Shown: piece after piece, positions 31,062-45,300 of the stretch
Position numbering within the stretch: position 1 is the first letter of the stretch
How the letters are laid out: each line of letters opens with the position of its first letter
Source: a phage
Assembly: GCA_018027755.1 (NCBI GenBank)
Contig: GCA_018027755.1_4098.1
Length of the DNA: 64,000 nt
Direction: 5' to 3' (one strand)
Notes under the pieces: model-generated
Told to the model about the DNA's origin: nothing
The model's database searches: none
What the model saw: only the letters and a program-made list of their open reading frames with translations
Program-made: the position numbers and the translations under genes

Positions 31062-32405
31062 TTATTTGTCAGTGAAAGTTATTTTCCAATATCCCTGACG
31101 ATACACAGGCATGATACTTTTATGCCATTTAAATTTGTCATTATATCTATAATAACCATTGTCTTCTTTATTATAAATGTAATTTCGTACAGTAGATGGA
31201 TCAATTAATTGTGCACCATCATTTGTAATTTTAAACAAATAATTTGATGGGATTTCGGTTTCTTTATAAATGATGTTATGTATACTGTTATTTACATAAT
31301 ATTGTTCAGGTAATGCACTTGAAAGTACTGAATCTTTCTGCACAAACCCATGTATAGTGTAATCAACAGTATAATTGGTATTATCAAGCTGTACTATAAT
31401 TTTGTTGGCATCTTCATTTTCACCATACGACGCTATATGACCTTTTAGTGGGTTGTCTTCTTCAATAGATTGTTGAAATTTAATCCCTACTTTTTTGTCA
31501 TCAAAATTTGGTTCTAGATATTTAAGATATTTTTCCCATGAATATATTCCACCGTTGGGAGAAACCGCAGATAGCGATTGGCTAACCAAGGTAAGTTGGT
31601 ATGTATCAGGTAAATTATACTTGGAATTAGTAATTTCTTCAACTTTAATGCATAAATTCTTGGGTGTAAAAACATCTGTTATTATATCTGAATAATTTCC
31701 CATTTCAAAATCAAATTCGTCACGAGCACCTTTAATATTTGTAGTAATCTGTTGGATTAATTTTGGTTTTTCAACAATAGCTGGTAAAGAAAACCATATT
31801 GTCGTTTCAAATGTTAAAACCATTATATCCAAATCTGGGTCAGTTCCTTGTGGAAAACCACGAGTAGAAAACTGACAATCTATTAGTTCAACATCACTAA
31901 GCGATGTCCAATCTAACGGGTTATCAGATAATTGAAGTTGTATACTAGGTGCAAACAAAGTTGAGATTTGTTCGAATAATTCCATTTTAGTTTGAGTTTG
32001 AGTTACCCAAATATTCAAATCAAACGTAAAAGTCCAAGGTACTGGGTTATGTCTTACAATTTTGTATTGTGTGTCAAGATCTTTTGTGTACTCATTAATA
32101 GCAGGGGACTTGTTAGACCCCATTACTATAGTTTCGTTGGCATTAGAACGAATATTTTTACGATCCAACTTTAGTTGATTAACACTTATGGTCATTATAG
32201 GTGCTGATGGGAGAACATTTTCACTATTCCCATTTATAATTGCTGCTGCCATTCTTGAAATATCGGCATAGCGACATGGAACCTTTTTGTATTTTGGGTT
32301 TCCATTAGCATCAATACCATTTTGTACTTGAAATTCACCAAAAACTCTGATAAGATGTTTCAGTACTCTGCGAAATTGACCGTCATAATAATAATCTATT
32401 TTCAT
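31062..32405 (-). CDS. hypothetical protein
   Basis: 447 aa; start overlaps upstream gene stop by 4 nt. Confidence 0.4.
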   Translation of the reverse strand: MKIDYYYDGQFRRVLKHLIRVFGEFQVQNGIDANGNPKYKKVPCRYADISRMAAAIINGNSENVLPSAPIMTISVNQLKLDRKNIRSNANETIVMGSNKSPAINEYTKDLDTQYKIVRHNPVPWTFTFDLNIWVTQTQTKMELFEQISTLFAPSIQLQLSDNPLDWTSLSDVELIDCQFSTRGFPQGTDPDLDIMVLTFETTIWFSLPAIVEKPKLIQQITTNIKGARDEFDFEMGNYSDIITDVFTPKNLCIKVEEITNSKYNLPDTYQLTLVSQSLSAVSPNGGIYSWEKYLKYLEPNFDDKKVGIKFQQSIEEDNPLKGHIASYGENEDANKIIVQLDNTNYTVDYTIHGFVQKDSVLSSALPEQYYVNNSIHNIIYKETEIPSNYLFKITNDGAQLIDPSTVRNYIYNKEDNGYYRYNDKFKWHKSIMPVYRQGYWKITFTDK

Positions 32406-33907
32406 TCTGTGTCCTTATGTATGCGATAAACAGTATTAGGTTTAACTGCGTCATGTAATGGAACTTTGTTATCACTATTTACAAACTGTGTAAGTGCTAA
32501 GTCTGCACCTTCCCACGGTTTTCTTCCACCATAATCAAAAATAACCCATGAATTCTTAGTTGCATTGAATTCCCATAACGTAACTGGAGTATAATCGGTG
32601 CGATAGAAATAGTCACCATCTACTGCATCAGTTGGGAACATATTTCCTTCAGGGACTGTACCTCGTGCTGGTGGAATTTTAGGACGATAATCTTGTTGCG
32701 AATCAATATTACCATATACACAATTGGACGTGAATGGTTCATTGACATAAGTTACCTTTGGTTCCCCCCACTTGTCATCATTATACTGATAAATGTGTGG
32801 TTCTTTATAAAAAATACAAAAATCTTCCACATCTTCTGGTGGAACATCACTGGTAGTATATTCTACATCACAATTTAACCATTTTTTAGCACTTTTATCA
32901 TATTGATACAACGTATAACCTGTCACATCTGCGTCATTTTCTTTAAAGAAGAAGTCACCATCCATTGGTTTTCTGGGAAAGATGGTTCCACGCTTGACTT
33001 CCACAGAAATCCATGTATCATTAACAAACTCTTTGAGTACTGGGTATGTTTTTTTCAAAAAATACATTCCATCGGCAGGTTCTTCTGGAAAATCATAACC
33101 GTTAAGCATATATTTTGATAAATCTACTGTATCAGGTCGATCATCATACAAATGTTCATTTGTATAATGAATATAGGGTACTTCATCATCAGCTTGCATG
33201 ATGATACGGTTCATGATATCCATTTCATTGCCATAGTTACTGTTTTCCGACGAACCATCATCGGTATTTCCATTACCATTATTAGGGTCATCTGGATTAT
33301 CAGGATAATTATTGTTACCGAGTAAATCGGAGTACTCAGGTGAGTCGGTTAGCGGTTTAACTCTAAGTTTATAAATGTGATGTTGCCACGTAACCGAGTA
33401 TCCCTCAGATGTACGAAATGCATCTTGGACGACATAGAAGCGGTTTAGACCTGTATCTTTACCCAATACATCAAAATCACGTAAATTTGGTAGTTCTATC
33501 ACATCCCCTGGCATGATTTTTCTACCTAAACGCTGCATCATTGTATTATAATGGATTGTGATGTCCATAGTGTTGAAATTAAAGAACAATCCTGGGATTT
33601 TCAAGTCTGGAGTTGCTTCTTGAACTTGATAGACACAACTAAGTGTGATAGCTTCAAGGTTGTAGTTTCTGTTTGGTGTGTCACCAAAAATTAAATCGCC
33701 AATACTTGACACAACTGATCCTGAAGATGTATAATCACCTCCATAGGATAAGTCAGTGTTGTCAGCAACTTGTTTTGGACCGACATATGCATAAAGCCAC
33801 ATGTCAACTCCACCAATGTTGTATTGTTCAGCAATGGCAGAATCAATGAACTTGTAATCATTGGTTCTCCCTTTTTTCCACATTCTATATGTCATGTTTG
33901 TCTCCAA
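32402..33907 (-). CDS. hypothetical protein with internal DGxYF repeats
   Basis: Repeats PADGMYFLKKTY, PMDGDFFFKEND, AVDGDYFYRTDY; GGAG RBS. Confidence 0.4.
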   Translation of the reverse strand: METNMTYRMWKKGRTNDYKFIDSAIAEQYNIGGVDMWLYAYVGPKQVADNTDLSYGGDYTSSGSVVSSIGDLIFGDTPNRNYNLEAITLSCVYQVQEATPDLKIPGLFFNFNTMDITIHYNTMMQRLGRKIMPGDVIELPNLRDFDVLGKDTGLNRFYVVQDAFRTSEGYSVTWQHHIYKLRVKPLTDSPEYSDLLGNNNYPDNPDDPNNGNGNTDDGSSENSNYGNEMDIMNRIIMQADDEVPYIHYTNEHLYDDRPDTVDLSKYMLNGYDFPEEPADGMYFLKKTYPVLKEFVNDTWISVEVKRGTIFPRKPMDGDFFFKENDADVTGYTLYQYDKSAKKWLNCDVEYTTSDVPPEDVEDFCIFYKEPHIYQYNDDKWGEPKVTYVNEPFTSNCVYGNIDSQQDYRPKIPPARGTVPEGNMFPTDAVDGDYFYRTDYTPVTLWEFNATKNSWVIFDYGGRKPWEGADLALTQFVNSDNKVPLHDAVKPNTVYRIHKDTE

Positions 33908-33934
33908 AATAAATCGGGTATATCTTTATTTACC

Positions 33935-33965
33935 TTGTAGACAAACCGTAAGAATGTGATATAAT
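33935..33965 (+). promoter_or_regulatory. sigma70-type promoter for Clp-like gene
   Basis: TAGACA-16-TGATATAAT (extended -10), same GAATGTGATATAAT box as the promoters near 9790 and 9880. Confidence 0.5.
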
Positions 33966-34005
33966 GTTTATTAATTAGAGTGACGTGAATCACATAGGAG
34001 AATAC

Positions 34006-36294
34006 ATGAATCTTACTCAATTGTTCAAAAAAAGCGACGAACTGGCAACATCTCTAGGTCATACATTCTTGACTATTGACCACGTAAGTGCCACAGTACT
34101 GACTATTGATAGCATCAAGAACGTATTTGAAGATATGAACATTGATGCAGACAAACTGCACAACCGCCTGATGAACTATCTTAAAAATACAACAGTTCCA
34201 CATGCACCAAAAAGTGTTAAAGATGAAGACGCGAATCGCACTTCACTTCTAGTGAATCGCGTTGTACATGAGCTTTCTAAAAAATCAGTTATTGAACAAC
34301 TAAAAAGTGATGATTTTTCGATTGATGCATATTTTGTTCTATTCGAATGTCTGTCTTTCCCTAACACAGCACTAGAAGCTGCGTTGAAAGAAGAAGGTGT
34401 TAGCTGTACTGAAGCTGCACGTGCATTGCAAAAACACGTTGAGTCACTTGATAAGGGTATCAACTTACAAAGTATTAATGACGAACCGATTGGAGATAAA
34501 AAAGTGGCCCAACAGCAGCAATCATCTAAACAAAAAGGTTTGGAAGACTATACAACGAATCTAACTGCTCTTGCAAAAGAAGGCAAACTAGATCCTATGA
34601 TTGGTCGCCAGAAAGAATTGTCTGCATTGATTGAGACTCTTGCTCGCAAAACCAAAAAGAATGCTATTCTTACTGGTGAAGCTGGTGTAGGTAAAACACA
34701 AATCATCGACGGTCTTGCACAAGCTATTGCTGACGGCAACGTACCTGAACACCTGAAAGACGTTGAAATTCTTTCACTAAATGTTGGTGCATTGACTGCT
34801 GGTACTAAGTATCGTGGTGAGTTTGAAGAACGCATCGACAATTTGCTAAAAGAACTAAAGAAACGTGAAAATACTATTGTTTTCATTGATGAAATTCATA
34901 TTATGGTTGGGGCTGGTTCCGCTAGTAATGGTTCTATGGACATGAGCAATATGCTTAAGCCAGCACTTTCACGTGGTGAGATTCGTGTAATTGGTGCAAC
35001 AACATATGATGAATATCGTAAAAATATCGAGAAAGATAGTGCATTAACTCGTCGTTTTATGAAAATTGATGTAGTTGAGCCGTCAATTGATGAAACTCGT
35101 GCAATTGTTAATGGTTTGAAACCAACTTATGAAAAATTCCATAATGTTGAGTTCACAACTGATGCAATGGATGCTGTAATTTCTCTCAGTGATAAATTCC
35201 TGAAGAATAAGCACTTCCCAGATAAAGCAATTGATCTAATGGACGCTGCCGCTGCAAAAGTTCGTTCACGTGACAACAATAGTAAGCTTATTACTGCCAA
35301 TTTGATTCAAGAAGTTGTTGCTGGTATTGCCAATTTGGATATCAACGTGGTTGCATGTACTGAAAGTGATCGTATGCGTAATCTACCAGATGCACTACGC
35401 TCACGTGTATACGGTCAAGAGGAAGCTATTCAAAAATTAGTTGATAACGTGATGGTAGCTCGTGCAGGACTGCGTGACAAATCTAGTGTTCAGGGTGCAT
35501 TTATGTTTGTTGGACCATCTGGTACTGGTAAAACAGAAATTACCAAAGCATTAGCAGATGCAACTGGTGCGGAACTGATTCGCTTTGATATGTCAGAATT
35601 TTCTCAAGAACATACTGTTTCTAAACTAATTGGTTCACCTCCAGGTTATGTTGGTCATGATTCTGGTAACGGTTTACTGTTGGATAAAATTGAGCAGTTC
35701 CCTAATGCAGTACTGTTACTTGATGAAATTGAAAAAGCAGATCGTAAAGTACTACTAACCTTCCTACAGGTTTTGGATGAAGGTCGCCTGACTGGTTCAC
35801 AAGGTAAAACTGTATATTTTAATAACGTAACTGTTATTATGACTACAAACCTTGGTGCGGCAGATTCAACGAAGCGTAGCATTGGTATGAGCGGTAGTGA
35901 TACTGCACAAGACAAGGCAATTAAAGCATTCTTGCCACCAGAGTTTATTAACCGTATTGATAGTATCGTTACGTTTAAAGACCTAAGCAGTGAAGCTATT
36001 GACAGCATCATTGATAAGTTCATGGGCAGTTTGAATGAACAAGTCAAAGACCGCAATGTTAAAGTTACATTGACAAAAGCTGCACGTGAATGGCTTGCGA
36101 AAAATGGGGTAAAAGTTGGCATGGGTGCACGTCCAATGAAACGTACCATTGAACAAAACATTCGTGTACCACTAGCTAAAGAAATGTTGTGTGGTTCACT
36201 TGTGAATGGTGGTAACATTACATTTGATGTTATTGATGGTAAAATCGGTATTAAACCGAAACGTTCCAAAGCTGTAGATAAAGCACTGGCATAA
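34006..36294 (+). CDS. ClpA/ClpB-family two-ring AAA+ unfoldase
   Basis: D1 Walker [10 protein letters not shown] and Walker B VFIDEIH; D2 Walker [10 protein letters not shown] and Walker [10 protein letters not shown]; Clp N-domain; IGM tripeptide at the position of the ClpA IGL loop; AGGAG RBS before ATG 34006 (track start 33985 is GTG). Confidence 0.85.
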   Translation: MNLTQLFKKSDELATSLGHTFLTIDHVSATVLTIDSIKNVFEDMNIDADKLHNRLMNYLKNTTVPHAPKSVKDEDANRTSLLVNRVVHELSKKSVIEQLKSDDFSIDAYFVLFECLSFPNTALEAALKEEGVSCTEAARALQKHVESLDKGINLQSINDEPIGDKKVAQQQQSSKQKGLEDYTTNLTALAKEGKLDPMIGRQKELSALIETLARKTKKNAILTGEAGVGKTQIIDGLAQAIADGNVPEHLKDVEILSLNVGALTAGTKYRGEFEERIDNLLKELKKRENTIVFIDEIHIMVGAGSASNGSMDMSNMLKPALSRGEIRVIGATTYDEYRKNIEKDSALTRRFMKIDVVEPSIDETRAIVNGLKPTYEKFHNVEFTTDAMDAVISLSDKFLKNKHFPDKAIDLMDAAAAKVRSRDNNSKLITANLIQEVVAGIANLDINVVACTESDRMRNLPDALRSRVYGQEEAIQKLVDNVMVARAGLRDKSSVQGAFMFVGPSGTGKTEITKALADATGAELIRFDMSEFSQEHTVSKLIGSPPGYVGHDSGNGLLLDKIEQFPNAVLLLDEIEKADRKVLLTFLQVLDEGRLTGSQGKTVYFNNVTVIMTTNLGAADSTKRSIGMSGSDTAQDKAIKAFLPPEFINRIDSIVTFKDLSSEAIDSIIDKFMGSLNEQVKDRNVKVTLTKAAREWLAKNGVKVGMGARPMKRTIEQNIRVPLAKEMLCGSLVNGGNITFDVIDGKIGIKPKRSKAVDKALA

Positions 36295-36330
36295 AAAAGA
36301 AAAGGAGAGCAATATGCTCTCCTTTTTTAT
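36295..36330 (+). terminator. bidirectional intrinsic terminator
   Basis: AAGGAGAGC-AATAT-GCTCTCCTT flanked by A-run and T-run. Confidence 0.75.
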
Positions 36331-39300
36331 TACTTAACTAATAATATATTTTTAATATCATTACCACTAACTTGTAGACTATCAGTGTATACTGAAAGAT
36401 CTATAGTGTAACTATTTTGTGTGTAACGTTTTAACATATCATAATTACCTAAATTAATTCCATTGAAAGAATATGTAGTATTAAGTTTAAAATCATGTTC
36501 TGCACTATACATTACACCACGGAGTAAATTATTTGCATTTCTAACTTCAACTTTTTCATATCCAATCGATATAATATCATTCATGTTCGCGGCTGAACCG
36601 GATAAAACATTATTTCTAATACTATAAGGACTTATTGATTTAGGTTGAGAAACATAGGTTGTATTTTCTTCACTAATGGTTGTGATGTTAGTAACAGTAC
36701 CACCAACAACACCGATGTACATACCGTCAACCATTGGATATCCATAAACCCATATACCTTCATTATTTCTAAACGGTTGAATAACACTTGAGTCATATTC
36801 AATAACGTTGATTTCTAAACTATCAGTCATTTTAGTTCTTGCTAATTCACTAAGAACTCCCGCACCAGTAATTGGTAGGTTATAACCGTTGTCGATAGTA
36901 ATTCCATCAACATCAAATATTTCGTTAGAGATTATCCAAACGTCAACGTCATCTGGTGTTATTCCGTCATTGTACTTACCACCATTTAAAGTAGTATCGT
37001 AGAAAACATCATAATTAATTACATCAATTGTGTAATTTCTATTTTGTTCGTACAATTTGATACCATTCTTCACAAATTCTGGGTCAGCAAATGTTCTAAC
37101 ACGAACAATGTTCAATGCAAGAGGCTGTACTGGCTCATTTTGTTGTGCAAGAGTGATATTATCATAACGGAGAACTGTACCAGTACTCTCATCAATCAAT
37201 TCAATCGTTTCTTTACCTGTATTTCTTACAGTGAATAGGATCGGAGTTGTATTGTTTTTGATGTTAGATACACGCAAGATTGTTTCCCATGTGTGATTTT
37301 GATATCTCACAAAATCTTCACCATCAGGAGTGAAAATCATCACCTTATCACCATCAGATAGGTCATTGTCAACTATTTCTGCTTCAGTTAAGCTATTAAT
37401 AGATCTCACACGATAGAAATATTTTTCATCAAACTTCGATGTTGTTTTATTAATATCATTTTCAATCTTAGCATATGAAGGAATACTTACAATTGCTTCT
37501 GTATGTTTATATGGATTGATAATTGCCATACCTTCAGTTTGATATCTGCTGTTATCACGTAATTGTACAAGAGATACATTGTCAAACCCATATCCATCAA
37601 CTGTAAATCTAATTTGACCTACATCACGCCCAGAAGGGTTTATGTCAGATATATCCACAATATAAGGATCAACTTCATCATCTTTAACTTCCCATTTTAT
37701 TGAAGAAGTTTGAGATTCCAATGCTAGGTTATCAAATGCATTCATATCATTGAAGTACTTAGCTTCAGTAATACTATCAAGTATATATTGATAATCAGAA
37801 TACATTGGATTATTTTGATCTAGTGGTAAATCATCAAGATTTATTTCAGCTAGTTCAACCATTTCACCATTTGTGATAAAATAATCTTCCATGAAATCAT
37901 CAATACTTTGTTCATCAGGTATGCTTTGATATACACCGTTAACATTTAAGTAAACATATTTTCGTGGAATCATTGTAATTGCATAGATATCAATTGGGGT
38001 CTTACTAAGAATCTCTTCAGCTTTTTCGTACTTATCAGTAGCGTCTTTGTCGAATAACCCTCTCATACCTGCTAATACGTGAATAGCATCAGTATAGAAA
38101 CGGGTATCACCACCTACTTCATCATAACGATAAACATATACACCATACTCAACTTCAAGTTTAACTTTTACTTCATAGTCTGATGCGTCAGGATTTTTAT
38201 CTTTAATTAATGAAATGTATTTTTGATACAATTCACTGCTTATTTCAAAATATCCATAGTTATAATCATTACTAGAAGAAAAGCCTAATGGAAGTCTAGT
38301 ACTAGGATTGTCATTATAAGTAAGTCCACTAAATCCACATCCAACTTCATCGTGAATTTTCTCATCACTTATATCTTTATAAAGTTTCAAACGGTTTGCC
38401 AATGTGTTATACTGAACATATTGTCTAAGGTCAGTAAACATATCGTTATGCGTTGATTCTTTATAAACACGTTCCAATGTAGCAGTGAATTCATCAGTTG
38501 CTTCTAAATCTTCCGCATGGTCTTTATACCACTGGTTAACGCCATATGCTGTTCCTAGTGTTACATCCAATTCTGGATAGTAGATTTGCATTTGATAAGC
38601 AATAAGAAGATCGAAAGTTTCTTCACTATATTCTGGGAAAGAATATATATAACGTTGTAATTCATAGTTACTAACAGCATCCTTTTCATTGGATTGATAT
38701 TTGTTATTAACACTTACTAATTCATTTATGCTTGCCAAATCTTCATTTGGTTTACACTGAATATTATCATAATGCATAATAATATCAATTTCTTGGAATC
38801 TTCTATTTGGTGTAACGAAATCACTTGGTAGTGAACCTACCTGTTCCCATTTTTGGGTAATTTCATTAAATTGAGCGTACTCATAATCCCAAATATCTTT
38901 TTCAGTTTTGATCCAAGAACCATCAACGAAAATATATCCATTAGGATCTAAATCATTACATAGACCTTTTATTAAATCATCATCAGATGTCTTTTGCTCT
39001 ATTTGTGAACGAATTTTAGTTCTATAAGGTTTAACTTCTTCAAAATATTCAACAATTTGATTAATCAAATTATCGTTTGAATAGTTTTGAACTAATGATT
39101 GTTCCAAACCAACAATATAGATATATGATGTTTTAAATACCCAATCCACAACACTTTGTTCAACATGTACATATTTGACCATATCAAAAACAATTTCGCT
39201 TTGATGTAAATCGAAAGAATTTTTGAGTAAAGCTAGTGCTTTACGAACGTTGATTTCACGATTGCTTAGTGAACCATTATCATTATGAACACTATAATCT

Positions 39301-42300
39301 GCGTAAAGCATATCATTGAGTTCAACTGTACTGTTTTCACGACCAATCGCTTTCCAATAAATTGAATCGCGTGATTGTGATTTAATATACAATGTCCAAA
39401 TGTTTTCACTATCGGTAACTCTGATAATATCGCCAACTTGGTAGTTTTTAGTATTAGCATCTTCTAAGCTTGACTCTTGAGTATAAGTCGTGTTACTATC
39501 ATACCCAACATCATACCAATCAGCATATGACCAGTACTGAGTCATGTCCAATGAAGTTCCTAGTGATTCAACATAATCAGATTGTTTAATCATTTTATGT
39601 TGTCCCTCACCTTTGTTCTCTAACGTTATAGTAACAACACTACCCGCGTTTGCTGGACTATTCATTAACTGAATATATCCATTTTCGTCGAAGTGAATAA
39701 AATAAACAGCACTAGAAGTTAATGGATTTGGTAGATATCCACTAGTACTTAAAATAACAGCGTCATTTTCTTTAAATTTATCACTTTCAACTGCAATAAC
39801 TAATTCATTATTGTAAGACAATACACGGAAAGAAACTTCATTCGGATTAACTTCAGTGGTTTTAACATTAAACACATCTTCCATAACAACACTATTAGTG
39901 GTTATGTTTTGTGACCTATAATAATTATTAGCACTTTCTACAAAGTTTCTACGAGCTTCTATAACATTTTGGAACCAAGTTTTGTTTGATCCTAAACCGT
40001 TATCAACATCTGGATATAATAAATTAATCACAGAACCTGATTCAGTTGTTTCTTGACCAATTAGTGAGTTCCACATTGAATCCCAAATTAGTGGGTTAAA
40101 GTTATAGCTGTCACCTTCTTTACATAGTTGATACTGGTCATGTTTAACAACTTCAGTACTATCCATGTAATAAGAAACAGTTAAAATACTGGTATCATCA
40201 TTCACTTTAAATTGCATATTACTAAGAATAAACGAGTTTTCATTGATTGGAGCGAACCAAGGAATGTTTAGCTGTGTTGGATCTTTAATAATACGAGCAA
40301 TGTCAGTACATGATTTTGTTCTGGTATGTAGTGGTGGTACATAAATTGTATCACGTACCCAGAAATAGTATTTTGTCACATAACTATCAGTTGAACTATC
40401 ATATTCCAAAAATGTACTATAATTATCTTCAAGTGCAGTTCCACTTGGTAGATACATAGTATTATTTTTGTTTTTCTTAGCAACATCTTTACAGTATTTG
40501 TCCCAGTTATATGGCTCAACTGGTGAACAAACCCACTCTAACACATCAATTGTACTATGTGGTAATAAACGACCCCAGTTGTAACGTTTGTATTCATTGG
40601 TTGCATCAATGTCAACATTACCGTCTGCGTCATAAATTGCACGTGTATAATCCAAATAAAATGCAGTACTTGTATTCCACCATACTTGACCAACTTTATC
40701 AGCACCCCAAGCCTGAATTAATTCACCATTGCTATTATATTGTGCTGGGTCTATTGGTGACGTATAAGTTACGTTTTGCATTGCTGCACCAGGAATAACC
40801 CCATTGATAGGGTCATACACATTTAGATATAATGCAGTAATGTTAGTACGTTCATCATATGTAGTTGGACGGTCAAAAAAAGTACTTTGTGGTGCTTTGT
40901 AACTATACTTTTTGTCAATATATGCTTGACGCTCTTCTGCACTGGCAAAACGTGATACATAACGATACAAACGTGGACGTGTATCTGGATCAGTAAATTC
41001 AATATCAATAGATGTGTCAAATGGAACTACCATAACTTTAGGATCAGAACCAGCAGTATAATATTGACTTTCTACTGTTAAAGTATCTGGCATAAAGTTA
41101 GTTTCATCAACAAAATAATAATAATCACCATCTTCAAGTGGTACATTATCAGTTAAAGTTACTTTACAAAATTGTTCAGCATACACATCGGTATTTTCAA
41201 TAGGTGTTATAGAAACCATTTGTACATTAGTATCAACCAATTCAAAAATGTTCCACAAACCATTACCGTCTTTAAACATCCACACAGATTCAGGATTTTC
41301 ACCTTTACCATTAGTATAAGTTATGCGGTCATTATATGCAGTACTGAAATCTTTTGTTGTGTACGATACTTCATCCAATGTTACTGGACCAATATCTGGA
41401 AGTTGGATATTTTCACTTCTTCCACTACGCATTGGGAATGAGAACTTACCATTTGGACGTGTAATCCAACGAGGATCTTTACCCTGCTCACCGAAGTATA
41501 CAATATGATTACCATTACCATTTGAAGTTGCATTTACATCAAAAGAAACCATTTGAGGTTGTTGTTTAAATTGGTCATTAATCAATTTAAATTGAAGATT
41601 TTTCTTACCATCAATATTACCATATGTACCAATTTTAAATGCCCATTCTTGTAATGCTTTATATTCATCTGTGTCATATGATTTAGAAACACGAAGTACA
41701 CGTTCTAAAACTTGGTTAGTACCTTTATCATGAATGAATCCTTTATAGAAATCAACACGACTAACATCACTACTAATCATACGCTGTAGATAATCACGAG
41801 ATTGATAACCAATCAAATGGTTTGACAACTCTTGTAATTGTACATCACTTACTGGAGTTTCACTATCATAATAATGTTGGAAATCCGACACTAATTTTTC
41901 AAATGATGGTAGTGTTCCAGCTTCCAAGATAATAAATCCAGGAGCTTGTAGACGACCAGTCCATGAACCAGTAATGTAGCCATACATTTTAATTAATTCT
42001 TGAATAGAACCATAAGTTGGCTGATAGATATAATCACCAAAAATAGTCTTATCATCAAAAATAACAGCATGTTCATATGAACACAAACTTAAACGAATTA
42101 ATGCTATACGTTTATTGGATTCTAAAGTTCTAACAGTAAAGATATTACCAATACGAGAAGTTTCAATTTCATATTGACGTATACCTTGGTTGTTATCATC
42201 AAGTAATGACCACACACCACCGTTATTTTGTGTAATAGATTGAACTGAACCAAAGTCTGCACCAAATTTAGCATTTGCTGCACTTGGTGTACAAGAAATA

Positions 42301-45300
42301 AATTCACCCGTTACCAGAGAATTCTGACTCCAGATCACAAAATCTTTAGCAATAGTGTTCCAATCTTGTTGAGCACCACTATCATTTACATCTTCAAAAA
42401 TCCAGCCATGTTCTTTAAGATATTCACCATAACCACAAATAAAAGTATAAACTTCTTGGTAACTATTAAAAACTTTACCATATTCAATGGAAGCTTCAGA
42501 TTTCCATTCGTTATAATGAACAACATTGCGGTTTTCTAATTTAAGAGTTACTTTTCTACCATTTTTTACGGGAAGTTTATATTTAAATTTAGCACCAACT
42601 AGATCATATCCATCAATCTGATATGCACTACCATTCCAAGTAATTTTGATCGCACTCATTTGCTCATCACGGATATTATTAGAACGAACAAGACCAATGG
42701 TTTGGTTTTCTTGTGAAATAAGACCGAAAGATTTAGCATTGAATGTTAGCTGATCTGCTTTAGTAAAACCACCAATTTTATGACCAACATTTATATAAGA
42801 AGAACGAACTACATCCCCATATTTGGTTGTAATGTTTTTATTTTGATACATCAAATAATCACTAACAAACATTTGATAACCAATTGTTCTTGTGTTATTT
42901 TCACCATGAACTACAGTGTTTTTATCAAAATTAATACGCTTACGTGTATCACCATAAAGGAATTGTGAACCATCAGTGAATACTTCTTTTAAATTGTCAT
43001 TTCGGGTATCCCAAAAATAGTTAGCAAATTGTGCTGGTTTAGCTTTATACAAAAGCATCATTTGGTCATATGCAAACAATGTAGTGTTCATGTATGTAAA
43101 TTCCATGTCACCCATATCACCATATGTCCAAGGTTCTGCTCTATGATTTAAAGATCCAGACACTAAACCTAAAATTTCAGGTGCAATATATTCAACCACA
43201 CAAATATCAATACCAGAAGATGTTTTATTTCCAGTTTTTGTAATTTTGAATGGCTGTACACCAAATCTTTTATATTTGTCATATTGACCACGACGATCAC
43301 CAAATAAAATAGTTCCAGTACTGCTATCTCCGATAGTGCCGTCGATATCCCATAGACCACTAGGAACTAAATCTCCTTGTTCATTCATAACAAGTGCTTC
43401 ATATACATATACCACATCACTATCACGCTCACCAACTTGAACAGCAGTTGGTTCATATTCTTGGTTCCACCAAGTTGGACGCTGTGAAAAGCCAAACATT
43501 TCCCACGGATGTGTTGCAGGGCGATATGTACCATATTGGTCAGTATAAATTGCACGCCATGAACCACGAGCAGGAATTTCAGTACTTTGACCATTAACTA
43601 CATAATAAGTGCCAGTATAGTTCCAAGTTCTCCAATTGTTAGGATCATAATCATGTGTACTATTACTGATACCATTAGTTGCGGTGAAGTTAATGTATCC
43701 ACGTAGTAATAATGTTTGTTTCTCTTCAGCACTATATTCAGTTTTAGTGAAATATGGTGTAGGGAAAAGGTCATCACTATTCAATACTGGTACGTAATCA
43801 ACATCTTTGAATTTATTATCAATACTATTAAAAATTCTATTTTCTAATTCATATACAACATCATCCATTTTATCAACACCATTGATAACACGGTATGCTT
43901 TGGAAATAATACCAGTATGACTGATGTTATAACAGCTTGGTTTACTACCAGCAGTGAGGAATGTCGCTTTTTCTGGTACATATGCTTGAAGAATACCTAA
44001 GAACTGTGGTGTTGGTGGTATAAATGCACGAATGAATCCAGAAGTACTTCCAACATTATCATAATAGAATGGGAATGAACTATCACGTCCCATATTAATA
44101 GTAGTTAAAATTGCATCAACAATGTTTGCAGCACTATTTTGTAAAAAGTCTGATGGATTTTCATCATACATACGAAGCATTTGTGTATTAAATTTATTAA
44201 TGAATCTAAAATATTCAGATTGCATAAACATAGTTGCTTCAAACAAATCAATATCTTCATTTGCAGTATGTGCCATCAATGGAAGCATAGATGCTTCATT
44301 TTGGATAATTTTAGTACCTACGCCATTATTAACCAATCCTTTAGCCAAACGTTCTTCATAGTCATTGAAATCATCAGAAGAACCACGTGTAATGTTCTTT
44401 TGAATAATATCCTGAAAATGTAAAGTGTAGTCACCTTGGTTAATGTATATAATATTAGAATTATATGGGTTATTTTGTAGGTTGATTGGAACTTCATATG
44501 CACCTAATTCTTTATTAGGAGTTACAGTACTGCTATAAGTTCTGATTTGAATAACAGAATCTTCATCCAAATCTACAGTACTATCTAGAGTGATGCTTTG
44601 TACTTGACCTTTTGAAACATTTTTGGTATATTTGGACACATCAACACCATCAACCACAACTTCAATAATATCAGAATCATTATCTAAAACTTTTTGTGCC
44701 AATTCGAATGTATGGTCATATTTTACAATCTGAACACCATCACCAGTAATTGGATGCCAATCTAGATAAGTTTCACGGTCAGCTTTATAGTACTGATATG
44801 TTCTATCAACTTCAATAACATATGCATACATACCATCAACTGGTTCTTTAAAAACTTCCATATCATAAACAGTACTGAATACACGATACATATCAGTACG
44901 TTGGACTTGTGGAGTTTGTTTTACAAATTGTTTAGAGTACTCTTCTGAACGAACCCAATCGGTTTGAAGATTCATTTCATTATTTTCATCAATAATGTTA
45001 TAATAGTATAAACCATCAATTTCAACTTCTTTCCCAAGATGGTCATAGGTATAACGTTGGGATTGTAAAAAGTTTTCATAAATGTAATAATTATAATCAC
45101 CAAGTTCAATGTTATATCCATATACACTATCAGTTGCATAGTTGTAATTTATTTTAAAACCAAACAACTCTGAACCTTTAAAGTTACTTGATGGATATGT
45201 AGTACTGTTGTCAAGTTTGATACCATTACGATCATAAAGTTGGAATTTAGGGAATACGTTAACACTAGTTTTTGATTGTGCACGAACCCACAAAGATCCA

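Noticed and set aside
33985-34005. GTG start at 33985 for the Clp-like gene
   Set aside because: The ATG at 34006 is preceded by AGGAG at ideal spacing, and the GTG-initiated extension would overlap that RBS.
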